64,000 bases of DNA from Watersipora subatra (taxonomy: Eukaryota): contig NC_088717.1 of assembly GCF_963576615.1 (NCBI RefSeq), positions 57,890,749 through 57,954,748 on the forward strand. The letters are read 5' to 3'. The translations under genes were made by a program, and so were the position numbers. Positions 50,101 through 63,960 of the stretch are shown one piece after another. Position 1 is the first letter of the stretch; every line of letters starts with the position of its first letter. The notes under the pieces are model-generated. The model made no database searches. It was not told where the DNA came from and saw only the letters and a list, made by a program, of their open reading frames with translations.

Positions 50101-53100
50101 GTGTACCGCTGGTTTAAGCTCTTAAATAGACACAGGATTTTGTAAAAAATATTGCATTCATCTATTTTTAGCCTTAGAGTGTTAGTATTCTGAACCCTTC
50201 TTATATAAGCTCATGAAATTGCTTAAAGTTTGCATATCTATCCAGTTTGTTAAAAACAATCAGCACTAAAATTGGGTTAGTATACAATTCTATTGCAGAA
50301 CATCTCTTTTCTTCACAATTTTTACCAATCGTATTTAATAATAGTTTTCCGTGCTATTTTTACACATATCTTAACGGAGTTCCTTTTATCATGGCTTTCT
50401 GTGCTTCATATTCAATATCTCCTTTTACAAAAGGTCATACCGCTGCCTGTTACACCTACATGTATATTTTCTACCCTATTGTCAATTTACCTTTGAATCA
50501 ATGTTCATTCAAATATTTTGAGAGCTGGAACGACACGTTCTGCGGTTTCATGTTCATCAATATTTGTCTGTTTCGCTCGATATTCTATGATTACCAATTA
50601 ATTTTGCTCATCGGCCAAGCAAATAGAATCTATATTCGCACATCCTCATGCCTCTTGAAATTATCCTGAGTAAAGATGTGCTTTTGACGCTGAACTGCGG
50701 GACTCTAGAAGAAGTTGTAAAAGAATACGCATTGGAAATACAACGGCTAATACTCGATTATCTTATTTGTTTAGCTAAAACAAACAATAATATTCTTATT
50801 TAATTCTGAGTACTTTAGTATTTATCGGGTGGGGGAGGTTTGTTTAGTACTCAATCAATAGTCAAGGATGTGTAAGCTTACAGCTCTGCCTGTTTGTCAG
50901 TAGCCAACATTCTCCTTGGTTCTTCATGGTAGCTTCAGGCCCTTCGATAAGAGATGAAATGTAGAAGACGACATGTCTAAAAAAATAGCTAATGTCCAAT
51001 TTTTATTTTTAGTGTCATACTCTCATGCAATTTTGAGCCATTTGTATTACACCCATCATGGCTAAAAGTCATCTCTTCCAACTGTTTCATTGAAGAGGTG
51101 ACAAGTTCTGAAGGTGCCCTGTCTATGATTTCCTTTAGTAAATAATAGATACCGGTATAGCACACATAGTACTGAGATAGCCTGTTATTCCTTCACTCCA
51201 GGTGAGCCAACAAGTGAGTTGGAGGGTGTCCCTACCATATCATTGAAGCTATGCAATAGCATTTTCACACGCTAGTTGAAACTTCCCGGTTGTGCAATCA
51301 GCATTCAAGAGAAGATAACTTACAATATTGTTTTAGTGGATTTACTGTCAGCTGAGTTAAAATGAGTTCCTATGAAGATGTTGTGTAAACACTTCTAACT
51401 GCATTACACATTTACACGCAGGTGTTTCACAACTTGGTTGCAGTGAACACCGCAATCATTGAGGTTCCATAATTTATTTATTGCACACTATTAACATAAC
51501 AGAAACCAGTTTCAATGCTTGTTCCAAACTGTCATATGGTTATCAGTACAAGCGGTTTAAAGGTAAAGTTACTTAAGTTAACTTGTCACCTAATCACTTG
51601 GTAGTTATCCTCTCATGTGCTGTTGTTGTTATTTTGACTTGCCTTGCTTGTTCGAAACAAACCTAAAATCCCACCAATCTTGGTTGCTGAGACATATCAA
51701 GGTAATTACTATTTGAGTGTTTCTGCTAATGTTATTTATCGCAGCTAATATATCTGTTCCAGGTTGTAAAGGAAGACAAGACTAGTATATCTGGCAGTGA
51801 CGATGCCTCAGACTATTCCTCCGTATTTAGGCAAATCAGGGAGGTGAATCGTGAGTCGCAGACTAACACAGAATTTTTCGTCAAGTCATTTAGAATTCTT
51901 AAAAGTACAGGTAAGAGTTGTCTAAACAATGCTACCTCGCCACCACAATTCCTAATACTGGCTAAGGTGAAATACTCTTTATGTAATTTCAAATGCCTAT
52001 TGGGAAACACCAGCGGTTTCTGTACACCACTTGTTCTGGACTCGCACCATACATTTATTTGCTTGTAAAGTTGCTCACCAGAAACAAACTAAAAACTTGA
52101 ATGTTTTTCTTTATATTTAAGGTTCATCTTCTGAAGAGTTCCAGAAAGCCTGAGTTCTTTAAATATCACATATTAATACAATGGTATAATCTCTTCATAT
52201 TCAAAACTATTTACAAAAGAACTAAAAGCAGTGAACGTTTTATATAAACATGCTTACGGGAAGCTTATGTTAGATTCACTCAGGCTATAATTTTTATGTA
52301 TCTGAATTTCGTCAAACCATAACAGCGATAATGCATCATGTATTGTCAAATAAGTAATGCATGCCTTCTATATTTTCAGAAAACATTAGAATTTGTATCT
52401 AATAATAAGAAAAGGAATTTGCAGTAAATATGAGAACAGCTGAAATTGTCGACCGTCATGGTTTTTCTGTGTAGCCATCAAATTGCGTTGCAATTTTTTT
52501 AGCTTAAATTATCTGTATATCTTATTTTGCGCTTGTGCTTGTTACAAATTAGTAAGAGTTAATAATGCTACTGTCAGAATGTCTATCGCGTAGCATGAAG
52601 GTAAGAGAGGGCAACTCTGCTCCCGGACAGGTGCTTGAAAATCTGAATTTGAGTGCTCACATCGAACTTTGTCATTCTAGTCAAGGCAAAAGGAATGAAC
52701 AAAAGAGTATCTCATTTTTGCCTCAATTCATGAGCTACTTGGCATGCCTAATGAATGAACAAGATATTATTGTCTTATTGTTGCTATAATCTCCGTTAAT
52801 GAGCTACTGGTATTCATTGTGTATAATGTCTGACAATGTGTGCATCTCAGTTTAAGTTGTTATTTATAAACTTGGCAGTGTGCTAATTTTCATTTTCTGT
52901 TTATGCTTATTTATACCTATGTGGTTACAATTTAATTTTGTTCCTGAAAAAATCAAATATCACACCAAGTAACTATTTTTAGGTCAATTTTTTATTCTTT
53001 TTTAAATAATCCCTAGTAGCTGTTGTTTTTTATTTTGCACAGGTTGTTTATAAATGTTGAACTTTGTAGTTGTCTTCACATTGAATTTATTTTTCTTTCT

Positions 53101-53589
53101 ATTGATCATCCCTTTTTCCACTCTTCTCTCAGCCAGTTCACAGCATAGTGTATATTTTTTTTGCATATGTTTTAGCTGTTATGACAGTATTTCTTGGATT
53201 GGTGCTTCTCTTGCCATTTGGCATGGTTATTCTAGGTGAGTTTCCTTCTCTTGCCACTTGATGTAACTATTTAGATGAATTGCTTTCTCTTGTAAATGAG
53301 AGTACAATCTTTGCTAATTGACTTGACAATTTCACTGAGTCGATTATCTTACTAAGTGACATGTTGAAATATCAACTAGAAAGTTTATGAAAATTTTTAC
53401 TAATGTGTTGCTTTACTGATTAAACTGCTGTTAGTCTAGATTCTTAGCCTGAGGTTTTATGCAGCAGTCTTATTTGTTATATGAATATAGAAGAAAGATT
53501 GAAAAGAAACTTGTGTTGCCTTGCTTTGTCTATTCTGCTGTCAAATGTAAGATTGAGCATACAACTATCACCTAAATGGTGCAAAATCC

Positions 53590-53870
53590 GTCAGTTAATT
53601 AAATCCTCCCTCACCCTCTCTCTCCCTCCCTTGATTTTACCCTCTCTCACCCACTCTCTCATCCACTCTTTCACCCACTCTTTTATCAACTCTCTCATCC
53701 ACTCTTTCACCCACACTTTCACCCACTCTTTCACCCACTCTCTAATGTACTCTCTCGTCAACTCTCTCATCCACTCTCTCACCCACTTTCACACCCACAC
53801 TCTCACCTTCTCTCTCAGACACTCTCTTTCACCCTTTTTTTTACCTCTTTTTTATCCTCTCTCTCACAAA
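53590..53870. repeat. Imperfect microsatellite (CTCTCACCCA/CTCTTTCACCCA)n.
   Basis: Read directly. It lies just upstream of the 4-TM gene. Confidence 0.85.
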
Positions 53871-53875
53871 ATAAA

Positions 53876-56633
53876 ATGTTACTTGCAGGTGTAAAGTACT
53901 TGGATGAGTGTCCCAAGGAACCATTCCTACCCATATACTTGTTAGTTGGTGGGTGTTTTACTACTCTTAAAATGTTTACTATTCTCTGGAGACAGATGAG
54001 AGAGCGCAAGAACTCTGACTCATATGATGGGGCAGGTAGGTTGTCTCTTCTATTTTTCTTTTATTATTAGCATTCTATTAATGCTTTCATATACTTAATC
54101 ATGTTGTATTATTTACTTATACTAAAGGTGTCTTTGCACAAAGTTAAAATTCGAAGATAAGCACAGATTAGTTAATGTGGCAAAGCAGTTATGCTCTCAC
54201 ATGCAATTCAACATACAGCATGTGTAACACTGCACATAAACTGTATGTGTACTGTATGTGTACAGTATGTGTGCAGCAAGTATATTGTTTGTGTACATTG
54301 TGTCTGTAGCATGTAAATTGTATGTGTACATTATGTGTGCAGTATGTATATTGTACGTGAACAGTATGTCTACAGCATGTATATTGTATGTGTGCAGTAT
54401 GTGTATTGTATGTGTACATTATCTATAAACTTGACAAATAGCTCAGTCTGTTGTTTGCTTCTATAAGCATGAAATGCTCATTGCTCTTTGTAGACGGAGA
54501 GAGCAAAAGTGATTTTATCACTAACAGATCGACCCAGTTTACTGATGCGGTGCTTAGCCTTTTCCTCTTAGCTTGGTTTCTTTATGGCAACTACCTGACC
54601 TGGTCTATATTTATGCCAAACTTCTCAAGACAACTCCACTCTCCGTCTGATTGGTTAGTATTTTTACCTCTTTAACCTGATTGGCTAGCGTTTGGATTCC
54701 AACTACTTTGTTATGTTTTTCGTTTCATTAGATAGCAAGATAAGGTCTGAGTAAATCACTGGATTTAGCTTTTTCCATCTTTTCAATTTCCATCAACCTG
54801 TTTAATTCTTCCTTAGCAAGGTGAGGTTCTCATAGGTTTTTCTGTTGAAATGTTCTTTGTCATCAAGACATTTTATGCTAAGGTCAGTAAATATTTAATT
54901 GTAAACATAATTTATATATTTATAGCATAAATTATAAGTATATATCATCAACTCTTAACCTTATAAACAACATCAACTCATAAGCAATATACAACATCAA
55001 CTCATGAACTAATATAAACATCAACTCATAAACTAATATACAAATCAACTCATAAACTAATACAAACATCAACTCATAAACTAATATAAACATCAACTCA
55101 TAAACTAATATACAACATCAACTCATGAACTAATATAAACATCAACTCATAAACTAATATACAAATCAACTCATAAACTAATACAAACATCAACTCATAA
55201 ACTAATATAAACATCAACTCATAAACTAATATAAACATCAACTCATAAACTAATATAAACATCAACTCATAAACTAATATAAACATCATCTCATAAAATA
55301 ATGTAAACATCAATTAATAAACTTATATAAACATCAACTCATAAACTAATATAAACATCAACTCATAAACTAATATACAACATCAGCTCATAAACTAATA
55401 TAAACATCAACTCATAGACTAATATACAAATCAACTCATAAACTAATACAAACATCAACTCATAAACTAATATAAACATCAACTCATAAACTAATATAAA
55501 CATCATCTTATAAAATAATGTAAACATCAATTAATAAACTTATATAAACATCAACTCATAAACTAATATAAACATCAACTCATAAACTAATATACAACAT
55601 CAGCTCATAAACTAATATAAACATCAACTCATAAACTAATATAAACATCATCTCATAAAATAATGTAAACATCAATTAATAAACTAATATAAACATCAAC
55701 TCATAAACTAATATAAACATCAACTCATAAACTAATATAAACATCATCTCATAAAATAATGTAAACATCAATTAATAAACTAATATAAACATCAACTCAT
55801 AAACTAATATAAACATCATCTCATAAAATAATGTAAACATCAATTAATAAACTAACATAAACATCAACTCATAAACTAATATAAACATCATCTCATAAAA
55901 TAATGTAAACATCAATTAATAAACTAATATAAACATCAACTCATAAACTAATATACATCATCAACTCATAAGGTAATTTAAACATCAACTCATAAACTAA
56001 TATACAAATCAACTCATAAACTAATACAAACATCAACCCATAAACTAATATAAACATCAACTCATAAACTAATATACAACATCAACTCATAATTGTCTAG
56101 CACACATTGAGCCAATGGCTGTGTACTGATGCAGCATACTCTCTACCACCTTACATACATAACATGCACATGTAACATAAGGCATTTTGCTTGCAACAAA
56201 TGCATAAATACCTATAGTTTATTTTATCTTCATTTTATTGTACTATATACGATATACTCGCTTCTCTCTTCTCTGGTGCCTAAATTTATTTGCAGTAAAA
56301 ATCGACACTATAATATTATTTGTAACTAGAAGATACACCATGTAGTATCACAGTTTTTTGCTATCTAGTCAATATTGACTGTAGAGATGTCACACTATAA
56401 CTACAAATATCATTAGTATTGCTAGCTGCTAGAAGTAATACGTGATGTCATGGTTTATATATATATATCTTTTACAGGTGTGAGAAGTCCCTCTACATGT
56501 TTTGTGTCATACAGATCATCTGCTGTTACTCTGCTTTTATGATTTTCCTCTTGACTCTTGTCTGTCTTGGCTGTGTGCGCCATATCTGCTGCTTTCGAGA
56601 CCGGCATACAATAGAACAGATCAGCCGCTCATA
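53876..56633 (+). CDS. Small four-helix transmembrane protein gene with three exons (53876-54035, 54494-54653 and 56478-56633), about 160 aa.
   Basis: The product is MLLAGVKYLDECPKEPFLPIYLLVGGCFTTLKMFTILWRQMRERKNSDSYDGA | DGESKSDFITNRSTQFTDAVLSLFLLAWFLYGNYLTWSIFMPNFSRQLHSPSD | WCEKSLYMFCVIQIICCYSAFMIFLLTLVCLGCVRHICCFRDRHTIEQISRS*. Donors g|gtaggt and tg|gttagt and acceptors ttgtag and tttacag give consistent phases 1, 2 and 2. There are four hydrophobic helices. The family is not assigned. Confidence 0.5.
54190..54420. repeat. Minisatellite with a roughly 40-bp unit (gtatgtgtacagtatgtgtgcagca-like).
   Basis: Tandem units are visible in intron 1 of the 4-TM gene. Confidence 0.8.
54945..56090. 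repeat. Large minisatellite of about 1.15 kb with a 25-30-bp unit (aactaatataaacatcaactcataa), about 40 copies. It lies in intron 2 of the 4-TM gene.
   Basis: Visible in the sequence. Higher-order variants (..atcatctcataaaataatgtaaacatcaattaataa..) recur with a roughly 110-120 bp period. Confidence 0.95.
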
Positions 56634-58440
56634 GGATTGTTTTCTCATGTGATGGGATAGTTGTTACCAGTCTGAGGAGTGTCACTAGTTTTATGCTCAG
56701 TGCTGACTCTGCATAAGAAAGAGAGAGCAGTTCAGATTACATCATGATGTGAAGCGTTTGTTTCTTTTGTACGAGGTAAAATTATTTTCAAACACAAATG
56801 GTAATATTTTTAATTGCAATTTTGAAGTTTTTCTTTAACATTCTGTAATAGTAACGAAGAAGAACAGTTCAGTTTTAAGCAAATATCTTTTGAACATGTA
56901 TATGCAGCTGTGACATATTTTTATTTTGAAAAAAGTAAAAATCGAAAATTGGCCCTTGATTTTTAAAAAGCAAGAGGTATGAATTGTTTGAATGGCATCA
57001 TACAACCCGTACTTGTTAAAGACCACGGCTATGTTGGTTTGTCTTCTCTTAGTTTGCTCCAGTATATGCCTGTTAATTTTCTTCTAGTCCTTCCATAGAT
57101 TGGTTAATTGTTAACTTATGTAGTTGAAATTTGTTTCAACAAAATATATTTAAAACGGCCTGTTGGTTGCTTTAGCTTAGCATGACAGAAAATGTTTAAT
57201 ATTTTGCCAATTTGAGATGATATGACATATTGCGTCATAATTTTTGACAATATTCCTGTTGAATACGCATGTGAAGATGATGAATAAATACAAGTTATTT
57301 CTTTTATTGATCAGTCTTATTGTTCCGCTGAATACTGAGCTAAAAAAATAAGCAATCCTTATAGACATCTATTCAACTGGAGGATTGAAGAAAATCTATT
57401 ATACAATTTAGGAGTTGCTTCATCCTGTCGCTAGAAGGCATTTCAGATGTGCAGCTAGTTTTTAACAGCATTTGAAATTATTTTTTAGTTTTTCATTTTC
57501 TAATTTGTCTGGAATCATCATTTGCCATAGTCAGGCAAATAGTTCTACAGTAGAGAAGATGTCTTGAAAGTACCCACTTTCCTTCACAGGCAGCCGGATA
57601 GTTACGCCTAGGGAGTCAACATGACACCAATGTCTGCGGGGAAGTAAAAGTATGAATTTTACTAAAAGTGGAGTTTATTATATTGATAAAAAAATTGAAT
57701 AAACTCTTCAGCTTTCACAATGGTTCTTTTTGTACAAATAAACAAAAATATGCGCTAGTACACAAATACATCTAAACTGATATAAGGCGAGAGTTCTAGT
57801 GCTAGTTTTGTGCATTTATTGTACAAGAATAAGAACTATGTTCTATCTATATATTCTAGCAAATGTCTGTAGCGCTTCTTTTTAAATGCATGGCATTGCT
57901 GATTATACAAAACCTGTCATTCAGACTCTGACAACTACACATTAAAGGAAGCCAGAAATCGTCAATATATGTAAAAGATTTACATAGACATATGAGCATC
58001 ACTATTTATACTGTACTAAAGAGGATTGCAAACTTTAAAACTTGCTCTAAATTATTTTGGCATAAGTCGCTAAAAATATGAAATAAAGACAAGAAAGGAG
58101 ACAACTTAATAATAAAGCTTACTACTGTTTTGGCAATTGTATATTGTCATAATATAGTATAACCCAAAACATTCTAGAATATTACTCATGCTTACATTAT
58201 TGCATCATTTACTAGTCTTGTTAATATGTTATACTGCTATACACTTGTGTACATGACAAGAATTGCACAAATCATGTTTTCTATTATTCTGGCATATTCT
58301 AGAATGATCTTCTTTTCTACTATATAACCAAAGTTCCTGGTAATGGCAGTCCAGTTTAGTATTACACCTCTACATTACAGCTCCAAACATTATACATACA
58401 GTATACAGCTCTGCTCTTTTACTCTTCTATAATAAACCTA

Positions 58441-58450
58441 CACACACACA

Positions 58451-58520
<70 letters not shown>
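58441..58520. repeat. (CACG)n / (CA)n microsatellite.
   Basis: Read directly. Confidence 0.95.
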
Positions 58521-58526
<6 letters not shown>

Positions 58527-59338
58527 TACGTGGCTACAGAGCAAAACTTTCACAGTAATTATGATGAACAAAGTTGAGTAAAATTAGAAAATAATACAAG
58601 CTAATAAATGACAAATAAATAAAGAATGACTAATAAATAATGATAAATAATAAATGACTAGTAACTAGTAAGTTAGTGACTAGAACGTTTTGTGTAATTC
58701 ATTAATACATTTCATGTATACTTGGAAGTAAACAAAATTGTGGAGTTGCTTTTTCATTTCGCATAATAAACAATCCTTGACATTGCGTCTAGTATTTCAG
58801 GGATAACTAATGCGGGCTATTACTATGTCGATATTCAATACTACATACATCATACCGGTATTAATTTGGTGCAATGCATCCACACGAACTCAAAATGACT
58901 GGTTTTTCCCTTATATGACCCGCTTTTTCAAGTTCCGAGGCTACTAAAATTGATTTCGTAGCTATGTTGCACCCACTCAGCAACCTTGGTTATGAGGCGT
59001 AAAAAGCGGTGTAATAACGAAAAGCAAACATACGAAGCTATAGTTGGGTAGCTCAAAGCTTATCGCCATTAGTTTCGTGCGTATTGGTAAAGCACAGCGT
59101 TTTGAAAGTCATGTGTAAAAACTTATGTTCAAGGGTTACTAGAATATAAGGTAGGTTTGTAATAATTTCTGTAAACGAACAGGTATGTAATTCTAATAGG
59201 TACTCTGTAGATACATCTCTTACATCTTCTTCATAGAACGTACTAGAGCCGGTTGCGGCAAGCGGCACGCCTCATATGTTGAGCAGTTGTTAGCACTAGA
59301 TAACATTGTAATTTATTGCCATATTAGCAATTAATTGT

Positions 59339-61727
59339 TTATTGTTGATGTGATGTACAGTTTTTAAATTCACGAACAGCCTTTGGTAAAAAGCTGTTGT
59401 GATAAACAGACGTTCTTGCATATATAGTAGGAGGATCGCCTCTTCCAGCAGCTCGTGTGACAGTCGTACTAACTTGGTCCTGCATTAATTCATCATAGGT
59501 GGTAATTAATGAGTTGTGATTTTGGTCAGAGGAGAGGAGTCGCATTAGCGGATTTTGTCTACTGACCTTCCGTCTTTCACATAGTGTTTGCATATTTAAA
59601 GTATCTAAAGCTTTGGTGATGCTATCTCTTTCTTTCAGTTTACATATAAAACGTAGTGCGTTGTTTTGCACCATTTCAAGTTCATGTTGTAGTAGCTTAG
59701 TAGAAGGGTCCCACACAGTGGAGGCATACTCAATATGTGGCCTGCAAAGACTAGTATATGCTAAGAGTTTGGCCTTTTCAGGAGCTTTATATAGCACACG
59801 CTTAATCATGCCTAACTGCTGTCTCGCCCTTCTGGCTTTGGAGTCTATATGTTTGTCAAACTTCAGGTTAGATTGTAGGATAACACCTAGGTATTTGGTT
59901 TCTTCAACTATTTCTAATTGTTCAGTGTCTAGGAAGTATTCAGCTGAGGGAGAGTTATTTTTGTCATTAAAAACCATGACAGAGCACTTAGATACATTAA
60001 ATAGCATTTTCCATTTGTTAGCCCATGATTCCAGGGCATTAATGTTTACCTGAAATCGTTGTTTATCAGCATGGCAGTTTACGGGTTGGTATATCAAGGT
60101 GTCATCTGCAAATAAACTAATATTACAGTCAACTTGCTGGGGCAAGTCATTAATATAAACTAAAAACAGTGTGGGACCTAGCACTGATCCCTGTGGAACT
60201 CCAGATGTGACAGCTAGTTCATCGGATTTATGTCCATCAACTACCACCCTTTGTTTTCTGGCCATTAGGAAGTCATGTATCAACATAAGAATTTTATCAT
60301 CTATGTCAGATATACTGGATAACTTGTTCATCAAGAGTTGGTGAAGTACTTTGTCGAAGGCCTTTGCAAAGTCTAGTACTACGGCATGAGTGGTATCTCC
60401 CTGGTCGGTGCTGCGTGCAATATCATGATAAGTACTACACAGCTGAGTTTCACAAGAAAGGCCTTGCCTAAAACCATGTTGTCTACTGTGCAGTACTTTA
60501 TCAAGTTTATCATTGAGGTGATGTAGAATAATGTGCTCCATGAGCTTACAAGGGATGCTTGTCAGTGAAATTGGCCGGTAGTTGTTTATTTGGTTGTATG
60601 CCCCACGCTTGTGGAGTGGTGCTACATGAGCTAATTTCCATTTGGTTGGTAACTTGGATGTTTTATATGATTCGTTATATATATATGTGAGACATTTGGC
60701 AGTCATTATTGGATCAATTGTAAGGTCTTCCTTTCTCAGTCCATCTGGACCTGGTGATTTTCCATTTTTTAAGCTATATAATAATTTCAATACGCCCTCA
60801 TAAGTAATGGAGATGTTATCGTTATCACATTGTGTACGTTGATTAATCGGGGGTAAGTTGATCTTCAGTACAAAATTGTTTATGAAAGAAACTATTGAGC
60901 AGGTTTGCACATGTAACTGGCTCTTCAGTAATGGTGTCATCATTGTCAATAAGCTTCATAGCTGGTTTGGTGGAGCTTTGCATCCATTTCAAGTGACGAT
61001 AAAAAGGCTTACTATTTCCCGATTCCAGAGGTTTACATATTTTATTGTACAAGTAACTTCGTTTAATTTCTCGAAGTTTATTTTTACCAAGCCTCCGTTC
61101 TTCTTTCTAACGCTTGAGATAGAATGAGTTTGATGTTTTCTTAAACAGATTGTAAGTTTTTCTATGTTTGTTGACTAGTTTCCTAGCTTCTTTATTGAGC
61201 CATAAAGGCTCTTCCTCATTTGCCTTGTGTATTATTTTGACTGGGACTGTTTTATTGACTGCATTTATTAGTTGTTCAGTAAACAGCTCCCACATTTCTT
61301 TAACATTGTGCATTACACTTAGTTTAGCTTGTGTAGGAAACAGAAGTTCCTGAAAAAGGTCAATGTCTGCTTTTTGATAGAGCTTTTTTGGTTGCATATG
61401 CACACGCTTGTTCGATTGGCTAAGTTGTATGTCAGCGGTGATAATGTAGTGATCACTAATACCTGGAGTAATTATTTCCGCATTTATTTCTGATGGATTT
61501 GTAGTGCAGATAAGGTCTAGAGTGTTTCCTAGGACATGAGTAGAGTCATTGATAATTTGTAACAAGTTATTTTCATCTAGGGAAGACTGAAACTGCTGAT
61601 GTAGTAGCTTATATTGAGTATTTGGTTTAATAATACCTTGTTTCCAGTCAAACCCTGGAAAGTTCATGTCACCAACAATCAAAATATGGTCCTGTGGATA
61701 TTTGTTAAATACATAATTGTAATACAT
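59339..61727 (-). mobile_element. Non-LTR retrotransposon (LINE, CR1/L2-like) ORF2. The C-terminal half of the apurinic endonuclease domain is at 61107-61727 and the reverse transcriptase is at 59339-60949. It is 5'-truncated and has two frameshifts, so it is a dead copy.
   Basis: The endonuclease carries the motifs ILIVGDMNFPGFDW...SDH. The RT carries KSPGPDGL, RPISLTS, VLDFAKAFDKV, SGVPQGSVLGPTLF, FADDTLIY and a C-terminal YHNSFLP motif. The linker ORF at 60843-61052 is in a third frame. The N-terminal half of the endonuclease is absent at about 61740. Confidence 0.85.
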
Positions 61728-62099
61728 AGCACATCAATCCAATGTTTTTTGTATTGACAGTCCGTTGAGCCTTGTAATTTCAATCACTAATAATGCAACC
61801 ATTGAAACTGATGTGCCAATACATGTATTTGCTTTTAGAGTTCAACTTGTCATTTGGGTTTTAGATGTTTGATGCTAAGTAATTCTAATAATGATTGATT
61901 ACAAGCATAGGCCTAAACACTTCTGAAATTTGCATGCTAAATAAATAATACATGTTGTGAAAAGGCAACCGTCGTGTTCCCTTTACTGCTCTGCAAGAAT
62001 CAAAACCACTAAATGCAAGGCAATTGGAAATAAATATTTAATAATATATATAAGCATACAAACAACTCAATGTGTACGCATACACTGGACAGCGTGCAA

Positions 62100-63960
62100 G
62101 AGGCTGCTAGGGATCTCTGTCTTTCTTGGCTCATCTGGGCTCCCTATATACTGTTTCGTCCTTGACTGGCTTCGCCCCAGCGGTAGATTGGCAGCACGCT
62201 GGTCTCGGCAACCGACCTTTGGCCGACCAGCAGTCTTGCCGACGGCTGTGCTTTTTGGTGAGCCCGAGCTCAGTCATGCCGTCAGCCCTAAGGTTGGTTA
62301 GGCAGCTGGCCCTGGCTTCAACAATCTTCTACTACACTCTCTCTCCAGTGGAGGCCCTGGGGCTGTCTACTCAGCGTCAGGAGGAGATATCAGTTGAGAC
62401 CAGAGCCGGTGCCGTTACGCTCCAAACTCTAGGCGCAGTACTTTGGTCTCTGTAATTGCTCAGTCATCTGCAGAGAGCCTCTGGGCTCGTATCAGGCTTA
62501 CAGTTTGAAGGGCTATATCTTGTTAGCAGGGGCTGTCTTCAAGCAACTGGCAGGCTCGTTCCTTTTGCAGGCAAAAGAGGAGCTCGTTAGCTTTAGGCCC
62601 TCCCAGCAGGTGGGCTAGTCGCTTAGCATGTGACTCGGCCTGTGTCGAGCTATCTTCGGCTTGGTTCCTGAGTCGAGCAAGTAGGCTGCCGATCTGTTCC
62701 TCAAACCATTTCTTCTTTCTCGCAGGCGAGCTGTCAGCTCTTAGCTTGGGCGACCCAGGTTGTCTTGGTTGTAAGCAGGCAACCCACGATCGCTGAGTCA
62801 ACTTTGACTTCAGCGACTCAGCTCGTCACTTAAGTTGGCCTCCCTTAAAGGTTGACTTGCAACAAAGTTCTCATTACAGTTATTTGATATCAAAAGATTC
62901 ACCATGCTCTGTTGTGTTGTAGGTGCCAAATATGTGGAAATGTGATTACAAGCTCTTAAAAGATAAAAAATGAAAAGCCGTCGTAGATTAGAATCTGTTT
63001 GTTTCTCTTACGTCAACCTTTAAGCACGCGCCTGCCTACACTAACCAACTTGACTCCTGGCACCCTAGGGGCCGATCAGCCACAGTCAGTGTAGGGTACA
63101 TGGCTTCATCGAGAGGTCAGTCGACCATCCTCTTGCCTATAAGAATGCATGCCACTTGGCTTCATTCACCAGGTAGATGACAACACTACATTTGTTATCC
63201 TCGTGTGTCCTCCGATGTTACATTACTTGGTCACGGGAGTCGTGTTGCTAGCGGCACATGTAGATGGCGAAGTGCTGCAGTACATATTGTCTGTTCCTTT
63301 GGGCGCGGTAGTGACACTGCACAAGCTAGATGTGCCAGGCTTTCACATAGACTCGGTCACTTTAGTCCAGGCAGCACTACTGATGTATCGCTCTGTCGCT
63401 CAGGCAACTTCTGGATCTTCCACTCGTAGCCTTTGGGTCTGTGCTTGCATTGAGGGTGATCTCTCAGTTGACTCAGTCTCAGATAAGCGAAAGATTCAGG
63501 CCGGCCCGGAGAACTCGACTCTCTCTACTTTTACCCAATCGAGTTGTTCGTGTATCTTGAGAGGTTTTTTACTTGGTTCCTCACTCGGTCGGCTGCGCAA
63601 CATCTCCTTAATGCGAATGATCCGAGCAGGCTTTGGCTGGTAGCTTGGAGGAGGAGTGCCAACCAGGTGTTACTCGTCATGAGCATTTTTGTGTGGAACA
63701 GAGTCACCCAAGGAGTCAGCCTGACCAAAACATTCTCCTTTTGCTGTGCTGGGGAGTCTCACAGTCACGTTCGAATCTGATGTGTCCGTGTTTTTACACA
63801 CAAATGCGGACTCCTCGTTAGAGTCTAGGAAGCCCCTCTCTTCAATGGCTCCAGGCTCAACAGATTCCAACAACAAGCTCAACATATCTGCAAAAGAATT
63901 TACAGTTTCACCTGGTTGAGCCGTGTGGACAAGTTCATCAAATTATCTCACGAACAAGCG
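62100..63960. other. GC/CpG-rich island, compositionally distinct from the rest of the window. It has long ORFs on both strands and a MITE-arm insertion at 62845-63010.
   Basis: CpG dinucleotides are dense here (cgtc, ccgac, gccgacggc, cgcgcc) where the surrounding DNA is AT-rich. ORFs at 62126-62455 (+), 62523-62801 (-) and 63149-63643 (+) carry no motif I recognise. Confidence 0.4.
62845..63010 (+). mobile_element. Solo copy of the roughly 170-bp foldback/MITE arm seen at 24213-25103.
   Basis: ttaaaggttgacttgcaacaaagttctcattacagttatttgatatcaaaagattcaccatg...gtgattacaagctcttaaaagataaaaaatgaaaagccgtcgtagattagaatctgttt is about 88% identical to both arms. Confidence 0.7.

Noticed and set aside
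53054-53239. ORF MLNFVVVFTLNLFFFLLIIPFSTLL... as a possible first exon of the 4-TM gene.
   Set aside because: Its only plausible donor (ag|gtgagt, phase 2) is phase-incompatible with the next exon, which needs phase 1. The sequence is T-rich and low-complexity, and the ATG at 53876 already gives a complete first exon.
63149-63643. 164-aa plus-strand ORF in the GC-rich island, as a possible gene.
   Set aside because: It has no motifs I recognise, and ORFs of similar size exist on the opposite strand, as expected for GC-rich DNA. I kept the island only as a finding.
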